Below, piece by piece: positions 25,515-38,699 of a DNA stretch of 64,000 nt. The notes below the pieces were generated by a model. That model ran no database searches. It was not told the DNA's origin and worked only from the letters and a program-made list of their open reading frames with translations. Positions within the stretch are counted from its first letter, which is position 1. Each line of letters starts with the position of its first letter. The stretch lies in assembly GCA_951406725.2 (NCBI GenBank), contig OX597827.1, positions 6,014,001 through 6,078,000 of the forward strand, read 5' to 3'. The stretch is from Octopus vulgaris. Lineage: Eukaryota. Made by a program: the position numbers and the translations under genes.

Positions 25515-25816
25515 TCTTTATATATAAAAGTCAAGTTGTGTGTGTCTGTCTCCTACGATTTAGATTCCTAACTACTCCCACATTTTGCGGTGCAGTTTAA
25601 CCAAAAGCGGGTATCTTATAGTCGTGATTCATATCGAGCCCTTCTGGGTATTAGCGCGCATCTACAATGAGTCTATGATTTTTAAAAAAATTTACCAACA
25701 TTTTTTTCCATTTTTAATGCATTTTTTTTGCTATTATATAAGGGAAGTAACTCTCTAAAAATGCTTATATAGTTATTTCCCTTACAAACCCGAGCAACGC
25801 CGGGCGATACTGCTAG
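25515..25816 (+). mobile_element. Non-autonomous Helitron (deletion derivative of the 50321-50717 type)
   Basis: A|TC...cccgagcaacgccggg...CTAG|T. Confidence 0.85.
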
Positions 25817-25949
25817 TGTATTATATAGGATATGATTGGATCAACATACAGAGCCTCATGTTAATATCTTGTCTAAGTAGCTTACTTCTGGGCACCCTCC
25901 ATCAAGTATTCACCTGACATGTGATATCATAACTAAGACAACACTTTTG

Positions 25950-27360
25950 GGGTGTGTCTGTGTGGTAAGAAGTTGGTTTCACAACCGCATAGTTCCAAGT
26001 TCAGTCCCATTGCATGGCACCTTGGGCAAGTGTCTTCTGCTATAGCTTCAGGTTGATCAAAGCTTTTGAGTGGATTTGGTAGACAAAAACTGAAAGAGGC
26101 CAGTCACACACAGACACACACACACACACACACACATAAATGTGTATGTGTGTCCTGGTGTCTGTTTGTCCTCCATCACTGCTTGACAACCAATCTTGGT
26201 GTGTTTACATCCCAGTAACTTAGCAGTTCAGCAAAAGAGAGCAATAAAATAAGTAAAAAAAATACTGGAGCTACTTCATTTGACTAAAAATTCAAAGCAA
26301 GGCTCCAGCATGGCCGTAGTCTAATGACTAAAACAAGTAAAAGAAATAAAAAATGAAAGACATCTTTGAAGCATTTTCTCTCATTTTACTTGTTTCGGTC
26401 TTTTGACTGCGGCCATGCTGGAGCACCACCTTTAGTCGAGGAAATCGACCCCATGACTTATTCTTTGGAAGCCCAGTACTTATTCTATCGGTCACTTTTG
26501 CTGAACTGCACCACCATCAGTTGTCAAGCGATGTTATGGGGACAAACACAGACACACATATACTCTTTTACTTGTTTCAGCCATTTGACTGCGGCCATGC
26601 TGGAGCGCCGCCCTTAATCGAGCAACTCGACCCCGGGACTTATTCTTTTGTATCGGTCTCTTTTGCCGAACCGCTAAGTTACGGGGACGTAAACACACCA
26701 CCATCGGTTGTCAAGCGATGTTGTGGGGACAAACACAGACACACAAACATATACACACACACACATACACACATATATACGACGGGCTTCTTTCAGTTTG
26801 TCTACCAAATTCACTTACAAGGCTTTGGTCGACCCGAGGCTATAGTAGAAGACACTTTCCCAAGGTGCCATGCAGTGGGAATGAACTCAGAACCTTGTGA
26901 TTACTTACCACACAGCCACTGGTTAAAAAGCTTGCTTTGCAAGCATGTGGTGTCAGGTTCAGGGCTGCTGCATGGCAACATGAGCAAGTGTCTTCTACTA
27001 TAGCTCCAAGTTGACCAATGTCTTGTGAGTAAATTTGGTGGAGGGAAACTGTGTGGAAGCCTATTGTGTGTGTGTATGTGTGTGAGCACGCATGCATGCA
27101 CGCGCATGCATACTCGCGCACACGCACTAGCATGTGTGTGCTTTATGTTTCTTTGAACTGCTGCCAGAATCTGGTGTTAGTTTATTTACGTCCACCTAAC
27201 TTGGTGGTTCAGCAATAGAGATCTGTAGAATAAGTACCAAACTTAAAAAATAAAATAAAGTAAAAATTAGTGCCAGGGGCGATTTCTTCCATCAAAGCCC
27301 CCAAGGTGGTTCCCATCATGGCCACAGGTCGGAGTCATATGGCAGAAAGAAATAAAAGAT
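25950..27360. mobile_element. Cluster of family A SINEs in alternating orientation
   Basis: + 25950-26350, - 26380-26920, + 26920-27360. Confidence 0.8.
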
Positions 27361-27575
27361 ATAATAACTCTTTGAAAGAATTTTGAAATATTTGAATAGA
27401 TATAACTCTTTGTAATCGGCCTTTTTTTCCATTTTTTTTTTTTTCATTTCTACAAAATCCAGTATTTTTCCTGGAAAGCCAGTCTTTTTTCTTTTAACCT
27501 TTTTGTTATAGGCACAAGGCCTGAAATTCTGGAGGCGGGGGCTTGTCAACCACATCGATTTCAGTACTCAACTGG

Positions 27576-28015
27576 GGATCTTCTCGGTTTGAATGGCAGT
27601 TTTTTCTAGCAGTGTCATATGAAATTGTCACCCATAATTATGACCCTAGTATCGATCTATTGCATTTCAATCTGTTTTAGGGTTAGGGTTGGTTACGGTT
27701 AAGGTTAGGGTTAGGGGTGGGGGGAAGGGCATTTTTTTTTCTTCACAAATGTAAATAAACCCAATCTGTTTCTTAAACGAGGGACATATTCATACGGCAC
27801 AGAATGTTTTCCCCTCAATAAACGTCATTGATTGGTTGAAATTGCAGAAATTGAAGAAAAAACTACTACAAATATCTTACAAACTATAGAATTTTCTCAA
27901 TAAAGCCAAGAGAAAAAGATGTTTTATAAACACATTCTACCAGTATACGAAGTTTAAAAGTGTTTAGTTACGTGGAAATCATTTTTAAAAACTGCCGGTC
28001 AAACCGAAAAGATCC
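27576..28015. mobile_element. MULE-like MITE with internal TTAGGG-like repeats, inserted in a family B SINE
   Basis: TIRs GGATCTT(C/T)TCGGTTTGA; 9-bp TSD ctcaactgg/ctcaactgc; ttagggttagggttggttacggttaaggttagggttagggg at about 27677-27717. Confidence 0.7.
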
Positions 28016-28478
28016 CTCAACTGCTACTTATTTTATTGACCTCGAAAGAATGGAATGCGAAACCGACCTCGGTCGAATTTGAACTCAGAGCGTAAAGCCA
28101 TAAGAAATGCGCTACTCTTTATACGCTCGAGGGGTTAATCGAGAGTCAGGTGTTTTGTTCATTGAAGCAGTTACCTGTAAGGCAAAGTGTCTGGTATTCT
28201 GCTTACAGTCCAGGAACCTGAGCACTTGCCTACCTCACCCTACTGTCTACATTCTCATGTGTTTTCAATAATTTAATACGAAGTATAAACCGAACACACA
28301 CACACGTATTGATATGAAGTGAAATCACCTGTGAACACAACAGATATTATAAGCCAATAAGGAAGCCGCTACGTGGCTGTTCTGCTAGAAATAGCAGCTA
28401 GATATCTCACATATTACGGTTTACTGTCTTAAAATATGCAATCTTAGTGCGTGGGAGGCACGGAAAAGCAGTGCTGTG

Positions 28479-28586
28479 GGATTTTCACTTTGACCGGCAG
28501 ATTTTTAAAATAATTTCTTTGTAACTAAACACTTTTAGTTATAAAGAAATTATTTTAAAAATCTGCCGGTCAAAGTGAAAAGATCC
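28479..28586. mobile_element. Palindromic mini-derivative of the same GGATC-ended MITE family
   Basis: About 50-bp near-perfect arms made of one terminus, ending aaaagatcc. Confidence 0.7.
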
Positions 28587-29174
28587 AAGTGTTTAATTCA
28601 CTGCAAACGACAATGAAAACGGGTTTTTTTTTTTACTGGTCATCTTCCTAAACGTGTTTGAACTTATCCAAAAGTATGTTTAGTTCTAGATATTTAAAAA
28701 AAGATGGAATGGCCATAATTGGAATGCCTTTCGTTTGGATCGATCCCTGGCTAACCAACATCTTAAACGTTTCTACAACGACACACGCACGTTGGCTCCT
28801 TAATTCAAGCCATCGATCGATAAACGAGACTTAATAGCTACATATGACTGCGCTGGTGTATATCTATTCTTAAAGCAGGCCATAATGGTATTCTAGTAAA
28901 TATTATCAGACCGGCAACTGTGTACCATTATGCAAAGGAATTTACGCAAAAGTAATATATTTGTTTGCATTTTAATAAATATCTTTCGGTCCTATTATCA
29001 TGGGAAGAAGTGGTGAAGAAATTCAAGTGCATTACTTAACCATAATGATACCTGTTTGCTACTCCAAAGTCGGCGAAAATACCCACGTGTACCTAATACT
29101 ACGACGAGAATAATAAATACATTTGGAGTGGAATCTATGTGTATTTTTATAGATACACTGTCATATACGTATCG

Positions 29175-29605
<431 letters not shown>

Positions 29606-29889
29606 GCTCTGGGCACCATGTGTGTGGATGTTTGGTCAAGCACTCTTAAAGTTAAGTCTATGCATTGATGTGTTCTTATATGGATAAAACAACTTAGTAA
29701 GGAAATGCGAGATACATAACCACTGAGACACATATTTAACATAGAATAGAACACACACACATACACATTCTTACACTCACATACATTTGTATAGCATAGA
29801 CGTACGTATTTACATAAACAAATTAGTTGCTCCATTATAAATATTGACAATCATGTTTCTATATGCATGTATGTATGTATGTATGTACG

Positions 29890-30950
29890 TCATTCTTCAA
29901 TTTTATTTCAAGATTTCTTGCCAATAGAGAAAGAGTCGGTTTTTAACCAAGATCCAAGGCTCCTTAATTGGAATTGCAACATCAACAACAGGGTATGTTA
30001 TGTATGTATGTATGTATGTATGTATGTATGTATGTATGTATGTATGTATGTATGTATGTATGTATGTATGTGTGCAGGTCTGTATGCTTTGATTTATGTA
30101 TGTATTCACATGCATATAGTTACATATCTAGACATGCTCATATATGTTTAAAATGGTAAACTTCTGGAAAGTTTTACAAATTTTTACAGTTCCAGTGATG
30201 GATTGGATCTGTTGTCTTTGAATTAGCTTTCTCCTTTCTGGTTTTGAGAATCCTAATTTCTCAAGATTGGTATTTAGGCAGTGTGTTACATATCCCAGGG
30301 CCCCATTAACTACAGGTATAAACCTGAACTTGTAATCTGGATAGAGTAACTGCAGATTTCTCACTAGTTCAGCATAGATATTCTCTTTTTCACTGATCTT
30401 CAGCTTTATGTTAACATCTGCTGGGCAGCTGATTTCCACAACTGTACACAGTCTCTCTCTTCTCTATCCAAATCATTATAGACCTGTTGTGCTTATATTT
30501 TATTGATGTCTTCACTAGGACATTCCACCAGTATTCCTTTTTATTAGGAGTGGCTATGGCTTCTACCATACTGTGGGTTCTTATTTCTTTGTTCTCGGGC
30601 TTATCCTTCCGATGGATTTCATTGTAGAGTATCCTAGCTACAACATCATGTCTCATCAGTAGATAATACCGTGATGACATTTTCAGACAACTACTTATGA
30701 TGTGGGTGATATCTTTGGTATTAACTCCGCAAAGTCTACATTGGTTGTCCCATTTTATTGCTTTTCCTGCATCTCTATCCCTTTTATGAATCAAATATTT
30801 GATTGATATTTCTTGTTCCTGGATTGAAAATGCATACCTTTCAAAGTAGGAGGTAGTAATCCAGCTATTAGTAAATGATAGACTGCTTTGATGATCAATG
30901 TTACTGTCATCTCGGAGCTTTCTACTAACATATCCATACATAGTTTTCTA
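29890..30950 (-). mobile_element. R4/Dong-like RLE LINE 3' end embedded in (CATA)n
   Basis: CRLCGVNTKDITHIISSC knuckle, RHDVVAR, EISCPADVNI...FIPVVNGALG; frameshifted; terminal UTR block 29890-29997 repeated at 31246-31348. Confidence 0.85.
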
Positions 30951-32139
30951 CTCATATAGGCTCATCCATTCTTGCATGTATGTATGTATGCATGTATGTA
31001 TGTATGTATGCGTGTATGTATGTATGTATGTGTGTATGTATGTATGTATGTATGTATGTATGTATGTGTGTATGTATGTATGTATGTGTGTATGTATGTA
31101 TGTATGTATGTATGTATGTATGTATGTATGTATGTATGTATGTGTGTATGTATGTATGTATGTATGTACGTATGTATGTGTGTATGTATGTATGTATGTA
31201 CGTATGTATGTATATATATATATATATGTATGTATGTATGTATGTCATTATTCAGTTTTATTTCAAGATTTCTTGCCAATAAAAAAAAGAGCCGATTTCT
31301 AACCTAGGTCCAAGGCTCCTTTATTGGAATTTCAACATCAACAGGGTATGTATGTATGTGTGTGTGTGTGTGTGTGTGTGTTTGTGGCAGAGCCTTGTGT
31401 TCTTGAGCAAGACATGTTATTTCACATCGTTCCAATCCACTTAGGTGGCAAAAATGAGTAGTATTTGTGTTTCAAAGAGCAAGCCTTGTCACATTCTTTG
31501 ACATGGTGAATCTCCCAGAGAACTACATTGAGGGTGCGCATGTCTGTGGAGTACTCAGCCACCTGTGCATTAATTTCACGAGCTTGTTCCGTTGATCAGA
31601 TCAACTGGAACCCTGGTCATTGTAACCGACAAAGTGCCTAATGTTTACTTTCCGTTTTTTTGTTCTTTCTCTATTTTTTTTTTTTACCTATCATCCCTTC
31701 CTGACAGAGAGCATAGGCTTGAAATGTCAAACACTTTTCCACTCTTCCCAAGCGTCAAGCTAATACACTTGCTTTGTCTTTTCTTTTCTGTAAATTAGAA
31801 CTATATATCACCACCACCACCACCACCATCATCATCATAATCATCATTTAACCTCCATTATCCATGCTGGCATGCATGGGTTGGACAGTTTGACCAGAGC
31901 TGGCAAGCTGGGGAGCTGCATCAGACTCCAGTCTGATTTGACATGGTTTCTATGGTTGGATGCCCTTCCTAATGCCAACCACTTTACAGAGTGTGCTGGG
32001 TGCTTTTTCGTGGCACCCACATGGGTGCTTTAAGTGGCACTGCATAGGCACTTTAATGTGCCATGGCACGACATGGGCACTTTTATGTGGCACTGTACAG
32101 GCGTTTTTACATGATGCCACATAATGTTCGTCCTTCGGG

Positions 32140-32290
32140 TTCAAAGTTGACCATTGACATCATTTGGTGGAATTGCTGCTGTGAGACCGGAGGTGGCTGG
32201 CGAGGCCAATCCAGGCAAGAAAGCCCCTCCCACAGGTAGGGCAGAAGTGGGTAGGGCTTTCTTGCCACATAGGTATTGGAATAAACACAA
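32140..32290 (-). mobile_element. RTE-X LINE 3' tip
   Basis: C2H2 finger HFCPTCGRGFLAWIGLASHLRSH. Confidence 0.7.
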
Positions 32291-32772
32291 AACAAATTAT
32301 TGATGTTCTGTGTGTTCCACATTCTACACACACACACACACACATACACACACACACACACACACAAGAGTTACATTAATATTCAACCTCATAATTCAGT
32401 CAGCTGCATGCAAATTTAAAAAAAGAGATACTAAAAAGAAAAATAAAGAACACATTTATACTCAAATAAGCCAAGTTGGTAATATTTAGATTAAGCGTTG
32501 GTAAATAACGAAACATTTATATACTGACTCATAAGAAAAAAGGATTTTTATGGGAACATGCATTGAAACATAAACTTGTAAACACAGTTAAATATAAATA
32601 GTTAGACATGCATAGGACAGTACAAGACAGTATGAAGATGGATTCTCTGCTGGTCTGGATGATAAGTATTCAGTTGTTTCACAAATCGAATTCCTACTTT
32701 TGAAATTAATGTGTACATGGCAGAGAATTCCACAGGCACGTGTATCCTTAACATAATTCTCATGGTGAATTG

Positions 32773-33003
32773 GCGCCGAGCTGGCAGAAACGTTAGCATG
32801 ATGGGCGAAATGCGTAGCCATATTTCGCCTGCCGTTACGTTCTGAGTTCAAATTCTGCCGAGGTCGACTTTGCCTTTCATTCTTTCGGGGTTGATAAATT
32901 AAGAACCAGTTATGCACTGGGGTCGATATAATCGACTTAATCCATTTGTCTGTCCTTGTTTGTCCCCTCTGTGTTTGGCCCCTTGTGGGTAGTAAAGAAA
33001 TAG
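32773..33003 (+). mobile_element. SINE family B, long-tail subtype
   Basis: Ends gccccttgtgggtagtaaagaaatag; same subtype at 37721-37957(+) and 48788-49023(-). Confidence 0.9.
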
Positions 33004-33082
33004 AATTGGCATGACACTGTGTTACAAAACGGTCCTTTGAAGTACAGGGCATAATCCAGAAAGAGAAAGGTAAACACAGACA

Positions 33083-33131
<49 letters not shown>

Positions 33132-33904
33132 GTATTCCTATATGAAGCAGGTATCTAACTTCATCAATCTTTTATCCTCTTTCATTCATTGGATTGTGGC
33201 CATGCTGGGGCACCACTTTGAGTTTCAGGTGAACAACTGACCCCCTGGCACTTATATCTCTATCATGTTCTGCAACTTATTTTATTGGCCTTTATTGCTG
33301 AACAGTTAAGTTACAGGGAATATAAACAAACCAACACCAGTCATCAAACGGTAGTGGGGACAATAACATAAATACACACAAACACGCACACACACACATA
33401 TATGTATATACAATGGGTTTCCATACAGTTTCCATCTACCAAATTCATTAAAAACAACAATTAGCAAACCCTGGGGCTATAGTAGAAGATAATTGCCCAA
33501 AGTGTCACACAGTGGGACTGAACCTGAAACCATGTATTTGCAAAACAAGCTTCTTAACCACAGAGACTCTGAAAGAATAAAAAGCCAAGTTGACTTCTGT
33601 GGGATTTGAACTCAGAATGAGTGTAGACAGGCAGAATTAATACCACAAAGTATTGCATACAAAGCTCTAAAGATTCTGCTCATTAGCTTCTTTACAGGAA
33701 AATATATTCTCATCTACACGTACGTGGCTTGTAAATCAATTAGTGGATTTGGAGGCAGTTTTATGTATAATATTGGTTAATATTGGTCTTTGTTAAGGCA
33801 GCGAGCAGACAGAATTGTTAACAGACCAGACAAAATGCTTAGCAACATTTCGTCTGTCTTTATGTTCTGAGGTAAAATTCTGCTGAGGTTGACTATTCCT
33901 TTAA

Positions 33905-34124
33905 CCCTTTCATTGCCAACCCGGCTGAAACCGGTTCGGGCTCTGAGAGCAAATGTCTTGTTTACATAAGTTTTGAATTAAAATCCTCCACCAAATCTTA
34001 GTCACAGTTTATGTTCTTAAAACCAGCTGAATGATAACTAAGTTATTTTACTAAATTCTTTGTTATATTTAAAGTAATTGAAAGAAACACAGAGCATCTC
34101 AACAGAAATATGGTAACAAAAGGG
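33905..34124. mobile_element. piggyBac-like MITE inside a family B SINE
   Basis: TTAA|CCCTTT...AAAGGG|TTAA splits the SINE core; partial inverted copy at 56399-56440. Confidence 0.75.
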
Positions 34125-34236
34125 TTAATCTTTTGGGGGTCAATAAAATAAGTAAGAGTTGAGCACTGGGGTTGATGTTATTGACTTTCCCAAAATTTCA
34201 GGCCTTGTGCCTAAATGATTCTGTCAGCTTGCTACC

Positions 34237-34281
<45 letters not shown>

Positions 34282-34284
<3 letters not shown>

Positions 34285-34828
34285 GCCCTGATGCAGTGCC
34301 AGACAGTGGCTCTCATGGCTTCTGATCTTAACTGATTGGAAGTGTTATCATGTACATTGTTTTGTCTTGGTATAAAAGATGGGCTACAGCAAATATTCTG
34401 CTCAATACCACAGATTTGCTTGTCAGTTGTTTGACCTTAACCAGTTGAGCATGTCCCTTAGTGGCTGACGATATGTGCATCTCTGATCACGAGCAAAAGT
34501 AGTGGGAGAGCATCATAGCCATATGTTGAGAAGGATTCTTTGGGGTGTGAATACCTCACCTCTGGTGTTTCATTCAACATCCTTAAACAACCCTTATTCA
34601 GGGACCTTTTGAGTGGGATGGGTTACTCGACCAGAAGAAAATTCTAACTGGACCCCACCTGCAAGACCATGTGCTGTTTATCTTGATATGAGATCACCAT
34701 GTCGAGCACATATGGTTGTGATGCATGTGCCTGGTGTACCCTTATCAGACGGGTAGTCATGATGGGTATATTGGGCTTCGTATATTTTACCCAGTGTCAC
34801 TTTGATGGCACACACTGCTCTCTCACTC
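34282..34828. mobile_element. Unclassified element inserted in (TAA)n
   Basis: About 550-bp block flanked on both sides by TAA repeats, as for Dong/R4-type targeting. Confidence 0.45.
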
Positions 34829-34855
34829 AATAATAATAATAATAACAATAATAAC

Positions 34856-35229
34856 AGGAGCACTCAGAGAGCACAAACATCTGCCAAGGCAACACCAATG
34901 TCCTCTCAGCAATTAGTCAGAGATGATTTTTATAATGAGAATATCTGAAATAAATTGGACAGTTCACACAAACGAGAATACTAAAAATAAACCTGACTGT
35001 TCTCGAAAATTAAGTAAAAAAAAAAGAAAAATGTAAAAAATAATCCAGAATCCTTGTCAGGTACTGGATCAGTCCCAAAATCTAATCAGTTTGTGTCAAT
35101 CACAAGGCCAAACATTCATGAAAGCTTCATCTGAATCCATCCAGCAGTTCTTGAGATATCTTGTCCACAGACAAACAAACAAACGTGACTGAAAAACAAT
35201 ACCTCTGCCTTCACTAAGATGAAGGTAAT
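34856..35229 (+). mobile_element. Possible Helentron-associated (HINE/DINE-like) element
   Basis: 5' ctgccaaggc motif, (CAAA)n tract and terminal hairpin ccttcactaagatgaagg; family assignment from memory. Confidence 0.35.
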
Positions 35230-35424
35230 AATAGGAAAAGCAAAGTCAACCTCAGCAGAATTTGAACTCAAAACGTAGCAGCACAAAGTTTTGTCAGTGA
35301 ACAGGTCTCGGTCTGAAAGCGACGAAAATATTTTGACAAATTAAATTTAAATGTTGAAGTGAATCTAACGATTTTTGTGTGTTTCTTAAATGGCTTACAA
35401 ACACCATCCATGCTGCTAATTGTT

Positions 35425-35512
<88 letters not shown>

Positions 35513-35892
35513 ATATAGAGAGAGATAGATATTTAGTACAAGCACGGGAGTTACTCGAGGGACAAGAGTTTTGTGCCAACGCATGAAATTCTTGGCCTTT
35601 GAGTCACTCTATACGTATACTCAGACATTTTTCCTGTTTGCATCACCATAGCTGCAGAGAGTTCGGTCTGCAGGATGGTTGGCGTTAATAAGGGTATCTA
35701 ACCGTAAAAAGGCCATGCTAAAATGGACCCTAAAGCTTGGTGCAGTCTTCTGTCTGTCCAGCTCGTGTCTGACCACCCAACCCATGCCAGCATGGAAAGC
35801 AGATCTTAAATGATGACGATGATGATGATGGTGATGTAATAAAAATATAATGGGATTTTTTAAAAACTGTTGAATGGCTTTAGGAGTCCAGT

Positions 35893-36194
35893 AAACTAGG
35901 AATGAAAGGGGCCCAGAGGGAAAAACGGTTTAGAACCACCGTGGCAGACAGACCTATGACATACCTATGACATTTTCTCAGATTAGGAAGGTGATACAAG
36001 CACACAGCACGGAAACACGGATGCAGGGGGAGACATAGTGGCTATGCTGAATCTACACACGCACGCACACACACACACACACACATTACACACAAGCATA
36101 CACATATACATAGGAATTGCATGCGGTACAAATACATACACTGGCTGAGGTAGATGCTATACCGATAATGGGAAGCCATTCACACACACACACA

Positions 36195-36241
<47 letters not shown>

Positions 36242-36932
36242 GATAAACTAGGCACATAGACGCACATAGACACACACAGACACTCACACATAGAATGCTC
36301 AGTACAAACACACAGACACACACACACACGTAATGTAATCAGTAAAGACACACGCTGTATACACAGAACAAACACACAGACATAGAGAGGGAGACACTAC
36401 GTTGATAGTACTCATACACACTCACACACACACATACACACAAAGAGTATGGAGAGTACAGACATAGACACACACACACAGACACAGAAACAGAAAGGTA
36501 GATGCTATATTGATATTACTGATGCACAGACATGTGCTTTGACACAAACAGCAGAGAGACACACATGGCCACATCCACAACAGACAAGGTAAAGTAAAGG
36601 CTGTTCTTTACACGAGCCCAGAAGTAGTATCGATAGATCGAACACACAGACACAGACAGAGCGCGGTCGATGCTATGTTGGTGGAACGAACACACAGACA
36701 CATAGATGTCATCCTTTAATAGCATCGATACGCAGGCTTGATCATGTCAACGGGACGGACACACAGACACAGGCGTGGAGTACAGATACATGGACAGATG
36801 CCGACACACGCATTCTTTTCTACTCTAGGCACAAGGGCCGAAATTTTGGGGGAGGGGCCAGTCGATTGGATTGATACCAGTACGTAACTGGTACTTAATT
36901 TATCGACCCCAAAGTCGACTTCGGTACTACTG
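35893..36932 (+). repeat. About 1-kb composite repeat, copy 1
   Basis: Colinear with 43851-44898, including the terminal SINE B fragment and ggtactactgg. Confidence 0.9.
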
Positions 36933-37105
36933 GTGTGCCCAGTTACAACTACAGCCGGCTATTACCGGTAAAGGTTTTAGTTGCCAATTCTGTACAAGAC
37001 ATTGTAGATCTTTGACTGGGCTAAAAAGTCACATTCGATCACAGCACCAATAACAGTTAAGCTTTGTGCAATGGCCATACTCGATAACGAGGGGCAGCCA
37101 TGATA
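36933..37105 (+). mobile_element. RTE-X LINE 3' tip
   Basis: FSCQFCTRHCRSLTGLKSHIRSQH* plus UTR; same tail inverted at 55630-55710. Confidence 0.75.
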
Positions 37106-38229
37106 AAAAAAAATGTATGTGTGCATGTATGTATGTATGCTCGTATGTATGTATGTATGTATGTATGTATGTATGTATGTATGTATGTATGTATGTATGT
37201 ATGTATGTATGTATGTGTGTATGTATGTATGTATGTATGTATGTATGTATGTATGTATGTGTGTGTATATGTATGTATGTATGTATGTATGTGTGTATGT
37301 ATGTATGTATGTATGTATGTATGTATGTATGTATGTGTGTGTATGTGTGTATGTATGAATGTGTGTGTATATATGTATGTGTGATTGTGAGTATGGGTGT
37401 TTATATATTTGTACCTCGTTGTCTTGACATTGTGTGATTGTTGCAAATGAATTCCATTCCTTTCCAGAATTCTGTGAAAATATCTCTGACCAAGAAGAAA
37501 TATTGCATTGCTTGGAAACAGTTAAGGTTTGAAGACAGCAAGAGCATCCAGCTGCAGAAAATCTCTCCCCAATAAACTCTGAGACAGACTCATGCAAACA
37601 TTGAAAAGTAGACATGATGAGTGATGATGATTCACTGAATGTGCATGAACGGCAGGGCATGGATGGGCTGAAAGAAAATCAGTTGTGGTGGGCAAGGGAA
37701 ATGGCTGTTGGTATAATCATAAGGCGGCGAGCTGGCAGAAACGTTAGCACGCCGGGCGAAATGCTTAGCGGTATTTCGTCTGCGTTACGTTGTGAGTTCA
37801 AATTCCGCCGATGTCGACTTTGCCTTTCGTCCTTTCGGGGGTCGATAAATTAAGTACCAGTTACGCACTGAGGTCGATGTAATCAACTTAATACCTATGC
37901 CTGTCCTTGTTTGTCCCCTCTGTGTTTAGCCCCTTGTGGGTAATAAAGAAATAGGTATAATCATACAAGGTATATATGGCTGAAGAAAGCTGAGTGACGA
38001 AGTGGCAGGAGATAGTTTTGGAGAAAGCGAATGGAAGAGGAAGATCGAGGAAGAGATGGGCAAAAGTGGTGATGGTTGACCCCAGAAAGCAGATGACAAA
38101 GGATGCAAGACAAATGGTTAGATGTTGCATTGTAGAAGACCTGTCTGATTCATGCAAAGATGAAAAAAAAAAAAACTGACATAAAATTGATGACAATGAT
38201 GATGGTGGTGGTGGTGGAGATGATGATGG

Positions 38230-38262
<33 letters not shown>

Positions 38263-38699
38263 GAATGAGGATGCTGCTGTTGAGCGTAGCGGTCTTTGTC
38301 CAAGTGGGAGAAGTCTGAAACGTGGTCCTTTGCTATTCGTAAGACCCGCAGAAGAGAAAGCAGGTCACTCCCCGACACCGAGAGCATCGACGGATGGATG
38401 AATGCGAAATCCAGGCTCAGCAGTTGCGTAGGAAGTCGGGGAGACAAGAAAGAGTGAGAGAAAGTTGGAGCAAAATAGTACAACAGGGGTCGCCACCACC
38501 CCCTGCCGGAGCCTCATGGAGCTTTAGCTGTTTTCGCTCAATAAACACACACAACGCCCGGTCTGGGAATCGAAACCGCGATCCTCCGAACGCAAGTCTG
38601 CTGCCCTAACCATTGGGCCATTGTGCCTCCTGAGGATGCTGCTGCTGATGGTGATGAAGAGGAAGATGAAGAGGAGGAAGAACAGGAGGATCTGTTCAA

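Noticed and set aside
27677-27717. True telomere or chromosome fusion site
   Set aside because: Short, degenerate and internal to a MITE present twice.
28215-28240. let-7-like start tgaggtag on the minus strand
   Set aside because: Only 8 nt match and no pre-miRNA hairpin containing it.
35290-35340. Possible hammerhead (gaaagcgac)
   Set aside because: No CUGANGA-like core could be aligned.
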